From Candidatus Kerfeldbacteria bacterium (GTDB taxonomy: Bacteria; Patescibacteriota; Patescibacteriia; UBA9570; XYC2-FULL-38-9): DNA of 64,000 nt. The notes below the pieces were generated by a model, which saw nothing but the letters and a program-made list of their open reading frames with translations, searched no databases and was not told the origin of the DNA. The DNA lies in assembly GCA_016182555.1 (NCBI GenBank), contig JACPGJ010000008.1, positions 28,272 through 92,271 on the forward strand, given 5' to 3'. The translations under genes were made by a program, and so were the position numbers. Below, in pieces: positions 47,944-56,765 of the stretch (the stretch's first letter is position 1; the number at the start of each line of letters is the position of its first letter).

Positions 47944-49134
47944 ATGTTCAAATTCATCCTTCAACAAAGAAACAGGAAACGGATACGGGCGATGCAAAAC
48001 CAACGGCCTACCAATTTTCGAAGTACAAAAATTCCTTCGCCACAAAAAACAGCATCCAGTGAAATATGGCGCGTCATCTGTTCATGGATAAAAAAAGATG
48101 GTTGGGCAATCATTGGTATTATCGGGATGATGGGAGTAACGAGCTGGTACTTTGGGTTCCACCAACAACATTTTCATATTCATGATGTGCATATTGAAGG
48201 AAATAAATTTATTCATACAGAAGATATTCAACATGTTGTTGATCAATTTACTTCCAGCAAAACTATCATTTTTTTGAAACGAAACACGTTTTGGACATTC
48301 AAAGCTGAGGCTCTTGAAAAACAATTGTATCAATCTTTGAGTAGCACCTATGCATTAGAACAGGTAGAAGTGCAAAAAAAATTTCCAAATAGTGTAGCGA
48401 TAACGGTTACCGAACGGATACCCAGTGTCACCTGGGTCACCACGTCTTCTGGAACAGAGCATTGGTATACGGTAGACCGAGAGGGCATTGTTACGCAAGT
48501 GTTGGGTTCGCCAGACCAGGCGGATACATCATTTCCGATTATCCGTGATACTAATCGTGATCAATTTGAAGCTGGTTGGCATATCATTTCTTCTCAATAT
48601 ATTGATTTTGTTTTACATCTGCATGAACAAATGGAAAACACAACTGGGACACATGTGGATTCTTATGTATTGCCGCTGATGCAATGCCAAGAACAACAAT
48701 ATGTGACCGAGGAAATTTTTAAACAAGAATTACAGAATTCTGCTTCTGATGAATTTCGTGACAAGAAACGTGAAATTCAAGAAAAATTTCAACGCGGAGA
48801 ATTAACAGTTGATGAAAGTTTAGAAGAATTAGAAAAAATTAAAGAAGAAGAGTTTCAACAAAATCATGAAGGAGAAGATACTAAAGGGGTGCAAGGGCAT
48901 GTTGAATGGCAAACGGTGTATGTTCCTGTAACGTGTGATTTTGTGAACGTCGCTACTGAAGTACATGTCATGACTAGCGGAGACCATGCTGGTTACCAAG
49001 TATATATGGATACCAGCCTCGATCTTTCTACCCAATTGCAAAATCTAGAATCCGTTTTACAAGAAAAAATTAGCGATCCAACAGCTATTCAATACATTGA
49101 TGTGCGTTTTGCTGATCGTGTCTATTATCAATAA
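47944..49134 (+). CDS. ftsQ: FtsQ/DivIB-like cell-division protein with an acidic insertion
   Basis: TM helix WAIIGIIGMMGVTSWYFGF, a POTRA-like IHDVHIEGNKFIHTEDI, and KFPNSVAITVTERIPSVTW. The ORF track begins with GTG at 47890; ATG 47944 is used here (start uncertain). Confidence 0.5.
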   Translation: MFKFILQQRNRKRIRAMQNQRPTNFRSTKIPSPQKTASSEIWRVICSWIKKDGWAIIGIIGMMGVTSWYFGFHQQHFHIHDVHIEGNKFIHTEDIQHVVDQFTSSKTIIFLKRNTFWTFKAEALEKQLYQSLSSTYALEQVEVQKKFPNSVAITVTERIPSVTWVTTSSGTEHWYTVDREGIVTQVLGSPDQADTSFPIIRDTNRDQFEAGWHIISSQYIDFVLHLHEQMENTTGTHVDSYVLPLMQCQEQQYVTEEIFKQELQNSASDEFRDKKREIQEKFQRGELTVDESLEELEKIKEEEFQQNHEGEDTKGVQGHVEWQTVYVPVTCDFVNVATEVHVMTSGDHAGYQVYMDTSLDLSTQLQNLESVLQEKISDPTAIQYIDVRFADRVYYQ

Positions 49135-49148
49135 GTGTCGTAAAATAT

Positions 49149-49598
49149 ATGAATCGGAAAAATCGTCTACCGAAAAAAGGGGACGGATATCATGTAGCTA
49201 TTGCCATTATCCGTTATCAAAATAATATCTTATTAACACGGCGGAACGATCCAGAAAGCCCATGGCATGACTTTTGGGAGTTTCCTGGTGGAGGCGTTGA
49301 AGCTGACGAAACAATTGACATGGCTCTCCAAAGAGAAATTTTTGAAGAAGTTGGTATGCAAATAGGCATTGGTGATTATGTGTACATGAAGACATATATG
49401 TATACAGGCAACAAAACTACAAAATCGATTTATTTGCATGTCTATAGTATACAGTGCAAGGATGAGCCAAAAATTGTATTAGACCCACTAGAGTCTAGTG
49501 CCTATGAGTGGGTAGAAGTGAGTGAAGTGGCTCATTACCCGGGCTTATTGCCACAAAATATTGAAATGATTGATGATTATATAAGTGCAGATATATAA
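49149..49598 (+). CDS. NUDIX hydrolase
   Basis: Nudix box GGGVEADETIDMALQREIFEEVG. Confidence 0.8.
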   Translation: MNRKNRLPKKGDGYHVAIAIIRYQNNILLTRRNDPESPWHDFWEFPGGGVEADETIDMALQREIFEEVGMQIGIGDYVYMKTYMYTGNKTTKSIYLHVYSIQCKDEPKIVLDPLESSAYEWVEVSEVAHYPGLLPQNIEMIDDYISADI

Positions 49599-49731
49599 AA
49601 ACGTTTTATATGCGTCGTAAAAGGTATATTGTGCGACACATTAAATATTTCAAAACAACACTTCCCCCTGCAATACATCAACGCTAAGTTGCAGGGATAG
49701 GAATTAGGAGAACTATAATTTCTATTGGATA

Positions 49732-50889
49732 TTATTTTAATTGGTTTTCAATAGCCATTAGATACCCTTTCCCTAAAGTTGGATTCCCATAGATTGCTTT
49801 AATTAACTTTCGCAATGCAGGAACTCGATTCATTCTGTCTACTTTCATATCATAATCTTCAAAATAGGCATCTATTAACAGCTGCTCATCAATACCTGCA
49901 TCAATCATTTTCTGAATTGCTGCGCGTTCATCTTGATAAAATTCAGAATCTGCTTGTTGCAGTAAACGCAACCTAATTCGTTCCGTCATCCCTTCATTTA
50001 ACCAGCGAAATCGAGTAAATTCTTCTATAATGAAAGGTTTTTCAATACCTTTTTGGTATCCATATCGAAATCGTAAACCAGAGCGTTGAAAATCAATCTT
50101 TTTCTTCAAAATATCACCAAATTCATCAGTATGAGTAATATCCTCTCGCTCAATAAGGTTACGGGCCGCAATCGCATGTGTTAATTCATGAAAAACAGTT
50201 TCACGTTTAGATTCATCATCTTGCCATGTATCGACGGTAGACACCCATCTATTCCAGTCACCAAATGAATGTAGGTATGATGCACTGTCACGCAACATAA
50301 TTTTTGTTTCTTGAACACGTTCTCGTACCGTTTCTTCTGATAAAGGTAACCAGCCATCACGAATTCCTTGAATACAGGTTGCAATAAACTCCTGTTTCCA
50401 TACCTCACATTGTTTCTCAAATTTCTTTCTCTCCTCTTCCATGTATTTGCTATGAAACCGTAACACATCTAAAAATAATTCCTTGGGCATTGTATCAACT
50501 GCTATATGAGCTTGGCCATTCTGTACGGAAAAATAATTTAAAATTTCCTTTTTATAATTGGGGCTGCGAATATATTTATAAAGCATTTCAGTAAACAATA
50601 ACTTCCCCACAGAATCCTGTCCAGAAAGTATTTGAGAAAATGTTTTTTGGTTTAATTCTAAATGTTCATCACGTCTTTGAAGAATGACTTCCTCTGTCCA
50701 CGGTTGCTGCCGGCCATCATGTAATTTTTCAAGATACCCTTGCCATTCATCATATTGTCGAACGGCATATTCACCGAAGACTTGCTGGGATTTTTCCGCA
50801 TCTGAATGCGAATCTGTCTTTGCTTTTTCTACGCGAGGATCATGTTGATCAACTTTGGATATTTGTACGCTTCGAGGGTATTCTCGCAT
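49732..50889 (-). CDS. hypothetical protein with a gluzincin-type HExxH(x18)E motif (putative zinc metallopeptidase)
   Basis: 385 aa with FHELTHAIAARNLIEREDITHTDEF (HELTH followed by Glu 18 residues after the second His) and no signal peptide. Confidence 0.4.
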   Translation of the reverse strand: MREYPRSVQISKVDQHDPRVEKAKTDSHSDAEKSQQVFGEYAVRQYDEWQGYLEKLHDGRQQPWTEEVILQRRDEHLELNQKTFSQILSGQDSVGKLLFTEMLYKYIRSPNYKKEILNYFSVQNGQAHIAVDTMPKELFLDVLRFHSKYMEEERKKFEKQCEVWKQEFIATCIQGIRDGWLPLSEETVRERVQETKIMLRDSASYLHSFGDWNRWVSTVDTWQDDESKRETVFHELTHAIAARNLIEREDITHTDEFGDILKKKIDFQRSGLRFRYGYQKGIEKPFIIEEFTRFRWLNEGMTERIRLRLLQQADSEFYQDERAAIQKMIDAGIDEQLLIDAYFEDYDMKVDRMNRVPALRKLIKAIYGNPTLGKGYLMAIENQLK

Positions 50890-50919
50890 ATAACCATTTT
50901 ATTATTATCGTATAAAAAA

Positions 50920-52113
50920 TTATTCTACCATGCACACAATACTCTTCAGATAAAAGGATTCAGGAAAATATGGCGAAATGGGGTGGTCTGGCGCTTGTTG
51001 AACCATATCAATGATCCTCACCCGCCGATTGTTTTGTATCGAAGCCCGCTTAAGTATATTCAGTAAATCTTCTTCACTCAAATACTGCGAACAGCTAGAG
51101 GTAACAAATAATCCACCTGGTTCCACCAAGCGCATCGCTGCACGGTTTAAAAAATGATAAGCCTTCAATCCATGTTCTTGATCTTTTTGCGATTTTATTA
51201 ACGCGGGCGGGTCCATGAGTACCATACCGTAAGTTTGTCCACGCCTGGAGCCATCGCTCAGCCATTGAAAAATATCCGCTTTTTCTTGGGTCAAGTGCTC
51301 TGGTGAATACCCAGCAAGCAAACGATGGCGTTCACCACCAGCCAGAGCTTCTTCAGACGCATCTACGTTACATACAGTGACTGCGCCACCAGCCAGCGCC
51401 GCCATACCCGCAGCACCAGTATACGAAAAAAGATTCAAAACGGTTTTCCCTTTTGCCCACTGGCGAACACGCTGGCGTAAATCCTTCTGATCTAAGAAAA
51501 AACCCGTTTTTTGGCCTTGCAGTGGATCAACAATATATTCAAGGCCATATTCTGTTATCAATAATGAGTCTGGAAGGGCGCCAAACACAATACCGGTTAC
51601 CTCTGACAGTTGCTCTTTCAGCCGTTCCCCAGTATCACTCTTCTCCACAATACAGTCCGGAGAAAAAACCGATTGTAATGCAGCAATAATCATTTCACGG
51701 AGACGATCCATGCCTGCTGTATTGATTTGCATAACAAAAACTTGGTTATATCGATCGATAATCAACCCTGGAATGCCATCTGATTCGCCAAATATCAACC
51801 GATAACTGTTTGTTGGAGTTTTTGGTCCATATCCAAGCATTTCCCGCTCTGCTTGCCGAGCGCGAAACTGTTTTACAAACCAATCTTGAGTAATTGCCGC
51901 TTGAGCAAATTCAAGTATGCGCACGGCTATCTGCGAATGGCGGGAATACATACCGGTGGCGATTATTTCTCCTGTACTCGTTACTAAATACACCAGATCG
52001 CCATGCTGAACCGTGTCTGGGATTTGTTGTAGCGCACCAGAAAACACCCACGGATGGTGATAGTGCAACGCTGCCTCTTTCCCAGGCCGTAGAGATATAA
52101 CAGGATATATCAT
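50920..52113 (-). CDS. rlmI: class I SAM-dependent rRNA (cytosine-C5) methyltransferase, RlmI-like (PUA plus MTase)
   Basis: N-terminal HPWVFSGAL, a SAM-binding LNLFSYTGAAG, and DPP motif VLMDPPA. Confidence 0.8.
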   Translation of the reverse strand: MIYPVISLRPGKEAALHYHHPWVFSGALQQIPDTVQHGDLVYLVTSTGEIIATGMYSRHSQIAVRILEFAQAAITQDWFVKQFRARQAEREMLGYGPKTPTNSYRLIFGESDGIPGLIIDRYNQVFVMQINTAGMDRLREMIIAALQSVFSPDCIVEKSDTGERLKEQLSEVTGIVFGALPDSLLITEYGLEYIVDPLQGQKTGFFLDQKDLRQRVRQWAKGKTVLNLFSYTGAAGMAALAGGAVTVCNVDASEEALAGGERHRLLAGYSPEHLTQEKADIFQWLSDGSRRGQTYGMVLMDPPALIKSQKDQEHGLKAYHFLNRAAMRLVEPGGLFVTSSCSQYLSEEDLLNILKRASIQNNRRVRIIDMVQQAPDHPISPYFPESFYLKSIVCMVE

Positions 52114-52254
52114 AAATACAATTTGCTTGCCAATTTATCTGCTCTCTACTATACTTCACTTCATCAACTAATTCAATTTTATGGCCTCTGGGCTCATACA
52201 AATAGCAATCGTCGTTTTCCTTGTTATTTTCATTAACGGGGTGATAAAAAGTCA

Positions 52255-52300
52255 CTAAAAAAAGTGCTAGCTAAACAATACCGTTATAGCACTTTTTTTA
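52255..52300 (-). terminator. rho-independent terminator downstream of the M23 peptidase gene
   Basis: A 7-bp inverted repeat AGTGCTA...TAGCACT is flanked by an A-run on one side and a T-run on the other. On the minus strand the stem is followed by a U-tract. Confidence 0.45.
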
Positions 52301-52304
52301 TTTA

Positions 52305-53645
52305 TTATGGGAGATAGAGCAATGGGTCAACCGCAGTAATACCAGCGACGCGAATTTCAAAATGTAAATGCGAACCAGTAGAATCTCCAGAACCAGGAGT
52401 TCCGGGGAATCCCCCACTCCAACCAATCAGTTGGCCTCGACGAACATATTGGTCTGGCGAAACATTGATACCGCTCACATGCAGGTAACGACTGTTCAGT
52501 TCTTGGTCCTCTGGTCCACCGTGGTCGATGACAATAAGCGCAAGTCCCGCACTGTTAGGATCAAACCGTGCAATGGTCACATACCCCGATTCAGCAGCAT
52601 ACACCGGGCTCCCCTGTTGCATAGCAATATCGATACCTGAGTGTGGACCCCATTTATCCGAATATGGAGTTATACAACCAAAAAAACAGGTAATATAATG
52701 CGATTCACTGGGCCATTGAAAAGAAAAATTTCCAGCGTAGTGATCAAGCAACGTTTCTTCTGATTCGGTAAGATCTTCTTGCGCTTCATCACTATTCAAT
52801 TTTTGTTCAATACCTTCACGTATTTTACGAATTTTATCCTGCGCAGATTGTTCTAATTGATTAACTTCCGCTTCAACCCGTGCGTGTTCGGCTCTTGCAT
52901 CTTCCAACAATTGTGAAAATTTTTCCTCGGATTCTTGTGTCGTGTCAAGCAACGTATCTTTGTACGTTTTCTGTGCGGACAATTCTTCTTGTTGTATACC
53001 TAAATTGGTTTTTTGCAATGCCGCTTGAGCTTTTTTTTCCTTCAATTCTGTTCTATGCGCTTCTAATTCTTTTTTCACTGTTCGCAATGATTGTACTGTA
53101 TCATGAATATCATTTTGGATACGATTTGTGTATTCAAGTTGATTATAAAATCCGGAAAACGTATGCTCGGAAAACATAATCTCGATCGGGGTTTGTTGTT
53201 CCTGCGTATTCATTTCACGAATGAGCTGCGTTAACGTGGATTTATTTTTTGTCAGATCTTCTTCCGCGATATGTATTTGTTGACTTGCCAATTCAATCTG
53301 TGTTTGCGTTAATTCAATTTCTTTTTGTGTTTTTTCAATTTGTATATTTGTTTCTTCCGTTTGGTCATCAATGACCGTAATTTCATTCAGCAATGTGCGT
53401 TCTTCTTGCTGCTTCTGGTCAACCTGCTCTTGATATACATGTAAACGTTCAGCAATATCTTGCACCTCTGCCGATTTATCTGTAATTTCTTTGTTGAGTT
53501 CATTAATATGGTCGTCTTTATCAATTTCTGCTTGGACTTGGTCATCAATTTCATCTGCGTATGCAGGAATAACAAACAATAAAGCGCATGTAGCAACACC
53601 AATGAGCAAGATTGATAAAAAAATAGTGCGACGTGAATAGATCAT
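52305..53645 (-). CDS. M23-family peptidoglycan DD-metalloendopeptidase with a long N-terminal coiled coil (EnvC-like)
   Basis: Signal/TM, about 280 aa of Q/E-rich coiled coil, and a C-terminal HSGIDIA ... GSHLHFEIR (HxxxD, HxH). Confidence 0.85.
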   Translation of the reverse strand: MIYSRRTIFLSILLIGVATCALLFVIPAYADEIDDQVQAEIDKDDHINELNKEITDKSAEVQDIAERLHVYQEQVDQKQQEERTLLNEITVIDDQTEETNIQIEKTQKEIELTQTQIELASQQIHIAEEDLTKNKSTLTQLIREMNTQEQQTPIEIMFSEHTFSGFYNQLEYTNRIQNDIHDTVQSLRTVKKELEAHRTELKEKKAQAALQKTNLGIQQEELSAQKTYKDTLLDTTQESEEKFSQLLEDARAEHARVEAEVNQLEQSAQDKIRKIREGIEQKLNSDEAQEDLTESEETLLDHYAGNFSFQWPSESHYITCFFGCITPYSDKWGPHSGIDIAMQQGSPVYAAESGYVTIARFDPNSAGLALIVIDHGGPEDQELNSRYLHVSGINVSPDQYVRRGQLIGWSGGFPGTPGSGDSTGSHLHFEIRVAGITAVDPLLYLP

Positions 53646-55147
53646 TGGTGTGGTGTTAATATTGTTTGTGCATACTGAAGACGTTTGAGTGTTTCTTCTT
53701 TGCCAAGTATTTCAGCCAATTCAAACGGCGATGGAGATTTATCTACACCAGAAAGAGCATATCGCATGGGCCAAAGCACATCGCCATTCCCCCACCCGGT
53801 TGTGGGAATCCATTGCATAAAGATGTCATTCAACGGTTTTGCCAGAAATTGTTCTTCCGAAATGTGCGCAATTTTTTCTTGCAGCGCTATATAGACTTTG
53901 CACGTTTCTTCCACTGTCGATTTTTTCCATACCAATTTTTTCGGATCATACTCTTGCGCTCCTTCCACCACAACAATGCTTTCGGCAACTTCACGCAAGG
54001 TATGGGTTCTCTCTTTCAAACTCCCCCAAATAGATTCCTGACGAGGGGTCGAAAGACTAGAAAACCATTGAACAAATTTTTTGTACAACGGCGATATTTC
54101 TTCAGCATTTTCGGATAAATTCCGTATGTTTTCCAATAACTGTAGCACACTCAATTTTTTCATGTAGTGTTGATTGATCCAATCCAATTTTTCTGTTTCA
54201 AATACCGGGTTTGCTTTGTGTATTTGCGTGAGTTCAAAACGCTCCGTTAATTCTTCCAACGTAAAAAATTCTTCAGTCGTTTTTGGGTTCCAACCAAGCA
54301 ATGCCGCAAAATTCACCACCGCTTCTGGCAAATACCCCTGATCTCGAAAATGCAACAACGATGTATCTCCATGACGCTTACTCATCTTTCCCCCTTGTTT
54401 TGAAAGGAAAATAGACAAGTGCGTAAATTCGGGCGCTGCCCAGCCAAATAATTGGTACAGTAAAATATGTTTTGGGGTGGAAGGCAACCACTCTTCACCA
54501 CGAATCACATGAGTAATTTGCATCAAGTGATCGTCAATCACATTTGCTAAATGATATGTTGGATAGCCATCAGATTTCATCAATACTTGGTCATCAATAT
54601 CGTGCCAATCAAAAACAATATCACCGCGTACAATATCGTGAATCGTTATCTTTCCGGATTCTGGAACTGTTAAACGCACGACAAAATTTACGCCTTTTGC
54701 CAATGCTGCTTGAACGGCTTCGTCTGTCATTCGGCGGCAATAACGGTCATAACGTGGTGGTTGCTTTTGTGCTTGCTGTTCTTTACGCATGGCATCTAAA
54801 CGTTCGGAGGTGCAAAAACAATAATAAGCAGCTTTTTTTGCAATCAATTCTTTGGCATAACGCTGGTAAATATCTAAGCGCTGGCTTTGAATATAGGGAC
54901 CATGTTCCCCGCCAACTTCCGGGCCTTCATCCCATGTCAACCCCAGCCAACGTAAACCCTCGGTAATCTGAGCAACCCCATTTTCTACTTCACGGGTTTT
55001 ATCTGTATCTTCAATGCGTAATAAAAACTGACCATTATTCTTTTTGGCCCATAAATAGGCAAATAGTGCTGTACGCGCCCCACCAATGTGCAATTTCCCT
55101 GTTGGTGACGGCGCAAAACGTGTACGAACGACATTCCGGGTATTCAT
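53642..55147 (-). CDS. gltX: glutamate--tRNA ligase
   Basis: PSPTGKLHIGGARTA (HIGH) and KMSKR. The stop overlaps the M23 gene start (ATGA). Confidence 0.9.
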   Translation of the reverse strand: MNTRNVVRTRFAPSPTGKLHIGGARTALFAYLWAKKNNGQFLLRIEDTDKTREVENGVAQITEGLRWLGLTWDEGPEVGGEHGPYIQSQRLDIYQRYAKELIAKKAAYYCFCTSERLDAMRKEQQAQKQPPRYDRYCRRMTDEAVQAALAKGVNFVVRLTVPESGKITIHDIVRGDIVFDWHDIDDQVLMKSDGYPTYHLANVIDDHLMQITHVIRGEEWLPSTPKHILLYQLFGWAAPEFTHLSIFLSKQGGKMSKRHGDTSLLHFRDQGYLPEAVVNFAALLGWNPKTTEEFFTLEELTERFELTQIHKANPVFETEKLDWINQHYMKKLSVLQLLENIRNLSENAEEISPLYKKFVQWFSSLSTPRQESIWGSLKERTHTLREVAESIVVVEGAQEYDPKKLVWKKSTVEETCKVYIALQEKIAHISEEQFLAKPLNDIFMQWIPTTGWGNGDVLWPMRYALSGVDKSPSPFELAEILGKEETLKRLQYAQTILTPHQ

Positions 55148-55192
55148 GAAAAATATTATACCATAAACTCGTCAGAACTAAAAATGTATGTA

Positions 55193-55221
55193 TTGACCAG
55201 CAAACAGATATTCAGTACGAT
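55193..55221 (+). promoter_or_regulatory. candidate promoter (-35 TTGACC, 17-nt spacer, -10 TACGAT) immediately upstream of ATG 55228; possible leaderless transcript
   Basis: Hexamers read from the sequence. The -10 ends 6 nt before the start codon. Confidence 0.25.
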
Positions 55222-55227
55222 CATCGT

Positions 55228-55851
55228 ATGAAAAAATATAGATATCGATTTGAATCAAGAGAAAAACCGAAATTTACTTTATTGAATTTTTTTGGTGGTG
55301 CTGAACGTCCATTATATAATACTCCCGAATTAAGGGATAAAAAAAGATTGACCAATAGAGATATTGAAACGTATATTCAACAAGACATCAAAGAATTAGC
55401 ACAACTGGAATCAATGGGTATCAAGCTGGATGAACTATATACATTTATGCATCACCTCTTAAATGAAGGATATACGCACCCTGATATGACTCTGGTTGAT
55501 AATCAATTTCAAGTATATTTTAATCGCAAAAATATTATTGAAGGGCGTAAAGGATGGTTTAATTGGGAAGAGTTTGGAAAATGTCCTGTATCAACATGTG
55601 GTCAATGGTATGACCCAAATAGAGATGTATTGTTTCATCCTGCGGAAAATGCGAATAACCCAGAGGTTATCAATCAATCATTACACCATCCACCATTCCG
55701 AATCAATGACATAGTCATTCATCTTGCGGCAGCACACGGAATATGGGAAAAAGGAGAACATGCATGGGATCAATGTTATCCAACATCACCACTGCAATTT
55801 GCGAAAGAGGTGTACTTGCCTTGGAAAGAAAAACAGACAATACAGCAATAA
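55228..55851 (+). CDS. hypothetical protein (207 aa)
   Basis: Clean ORF with no recognisable motif. Confidence 0.4.
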   Translation: MKKYRYRFESREKPKFTLLNFFGGAERPLYNTPELRDKKRLTNRDIETYIQQDIKELAQLESMGIKLDELYTFMHHLLNEGYTHPDMTLVDNQFQVYFNRKNIIEGRKGWFNWEEFGKCPVSTCGQWYDPNRDVLFHPAENANNPEVINQSLHHPPFRINDIVIHLAAAHGIWEKGEHAWDQCYPTSPLQFAKEVYLPWKEKQTIQQ

Positions 55852-55868
55852 TGCCCTGGATACTTTTG

Positions 55869-56603
55869 TTATAGAAAGAAAACCGAAAATAGGTGTATAA
55901 ACTTTTTCATTATCACTGTGCAAGGAAATAGAATCAATGCTCGAAAAATTCGGGTAATACGTCGCGGCTCATGAACCAGACGCCACAGCCATTCAAAACG
56001 AACGCGTTGAACCCAGTGTGGCGCACGTTGCGCTACACCGGTCCAAAAATCGAATGCGCCGCCAATACCAACACCAATCCGTACAGAAGGAATGTCTTTT
56101 AAATGTTCGGCCAGCCAATATTCTTGTTCAGGAAAACCAAAACCGACAAAAATAATATGTGGAGCGAATGTGTTCATTTGCTCTACTACCGTGCTGTTGC
56201 GCCAATCGGATTTATGTACAGCAATCCCCTGCACCACCGCACACGGTGCTCGCTGTTGAACGGCGCGAACAATCTGGTCGAGTGACGAACGACCATCGGC
56301 GCGCACCAGGCAATAAACGCGTAATTGTTTTTCGTCTGCCATCTTCAACAATGCCTCCGCAAAAGAAACACCTGTCACGGTATGCTTAATACCGGAAACC
56401 AGACGCAACCCAAAGCCATCTGGCAGAGCAAGATGGGAACTATTCAATACCCGTCGATATTCTTCACTCTTTGCTGCATATAACAAAATTTCCGGATTTG
56501 GAGTAATAATGAAGTGAGGCACAGAAGATGACAAAAAATGCTTAGCTTTTTTTATCGCTTCGGTAAATGGAATATTATCGATTTTTACTCCTAAAATGTT
56601 CAT
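55869..56603 (-). CDS. WecB/TagA/CpsF-family glycosyltransferase (GT26)
   Basis: 244 aa with ILGVKIDNIPF ... PNPEIL ... LPDGFGL ... RVRFEWLWRLVHEPRR, characteristic of GT26. Confidence 0.8.
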   Translation of the reverse strand: MNILGVKIDNIPFTEAIKKAKHFLSSSVPHFIITPNPEILLYAAKSEEYRRVLNSSHLALPDGFGLRLVSGIKHTVTGVSFAEALLKMADEKQLRVYCLVRADGRSSLDQIVRAVQQRAPCAVVQGIAVHKSDWRNSTVVEQMNTFAPHIIFVGFGFPEQEYWLAEHLKDIPSVRIGVGIGGAFDFWTGVAQRAPHWVQRVRFEWLWRLVHEPRRITRIFRALILFPCTVIMKKFIHLFSVFFL

Positions 56604-56765
56604 ATAAAATCATCAAACACTGTTGTGATGGCCTGAATCGGCAATTCCACAGCGACCATCTTTTCGCTTAGCGAAATGAGGGAGCGAGTAATTGACGTGA
56701 AAGGCCATCCTGATAAAGAGCCAAAAGTTGATTTATAATCCATATTTTACTATACTATCATAAGA

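Noticed and set aside
49666-49696. 8-bp inverted repeat CCCTGCAA...TTGCAGGG between the convergent NUDIX and HExxH genes.
   Set aside because: No U-tract follows on either strand, so it is not a canonical intrinsic terminator. It may still be a structural element.
51911-52255. 114-aa minus-strand ORF spanning the rlmI start and the upstream spacer.
   Set aside because: It overlaps the well-supported rlmI N-terminus (HPWVF) in another frame. The non-overlapping part lies in the terminator/spacer region, so it is most likely spurious.
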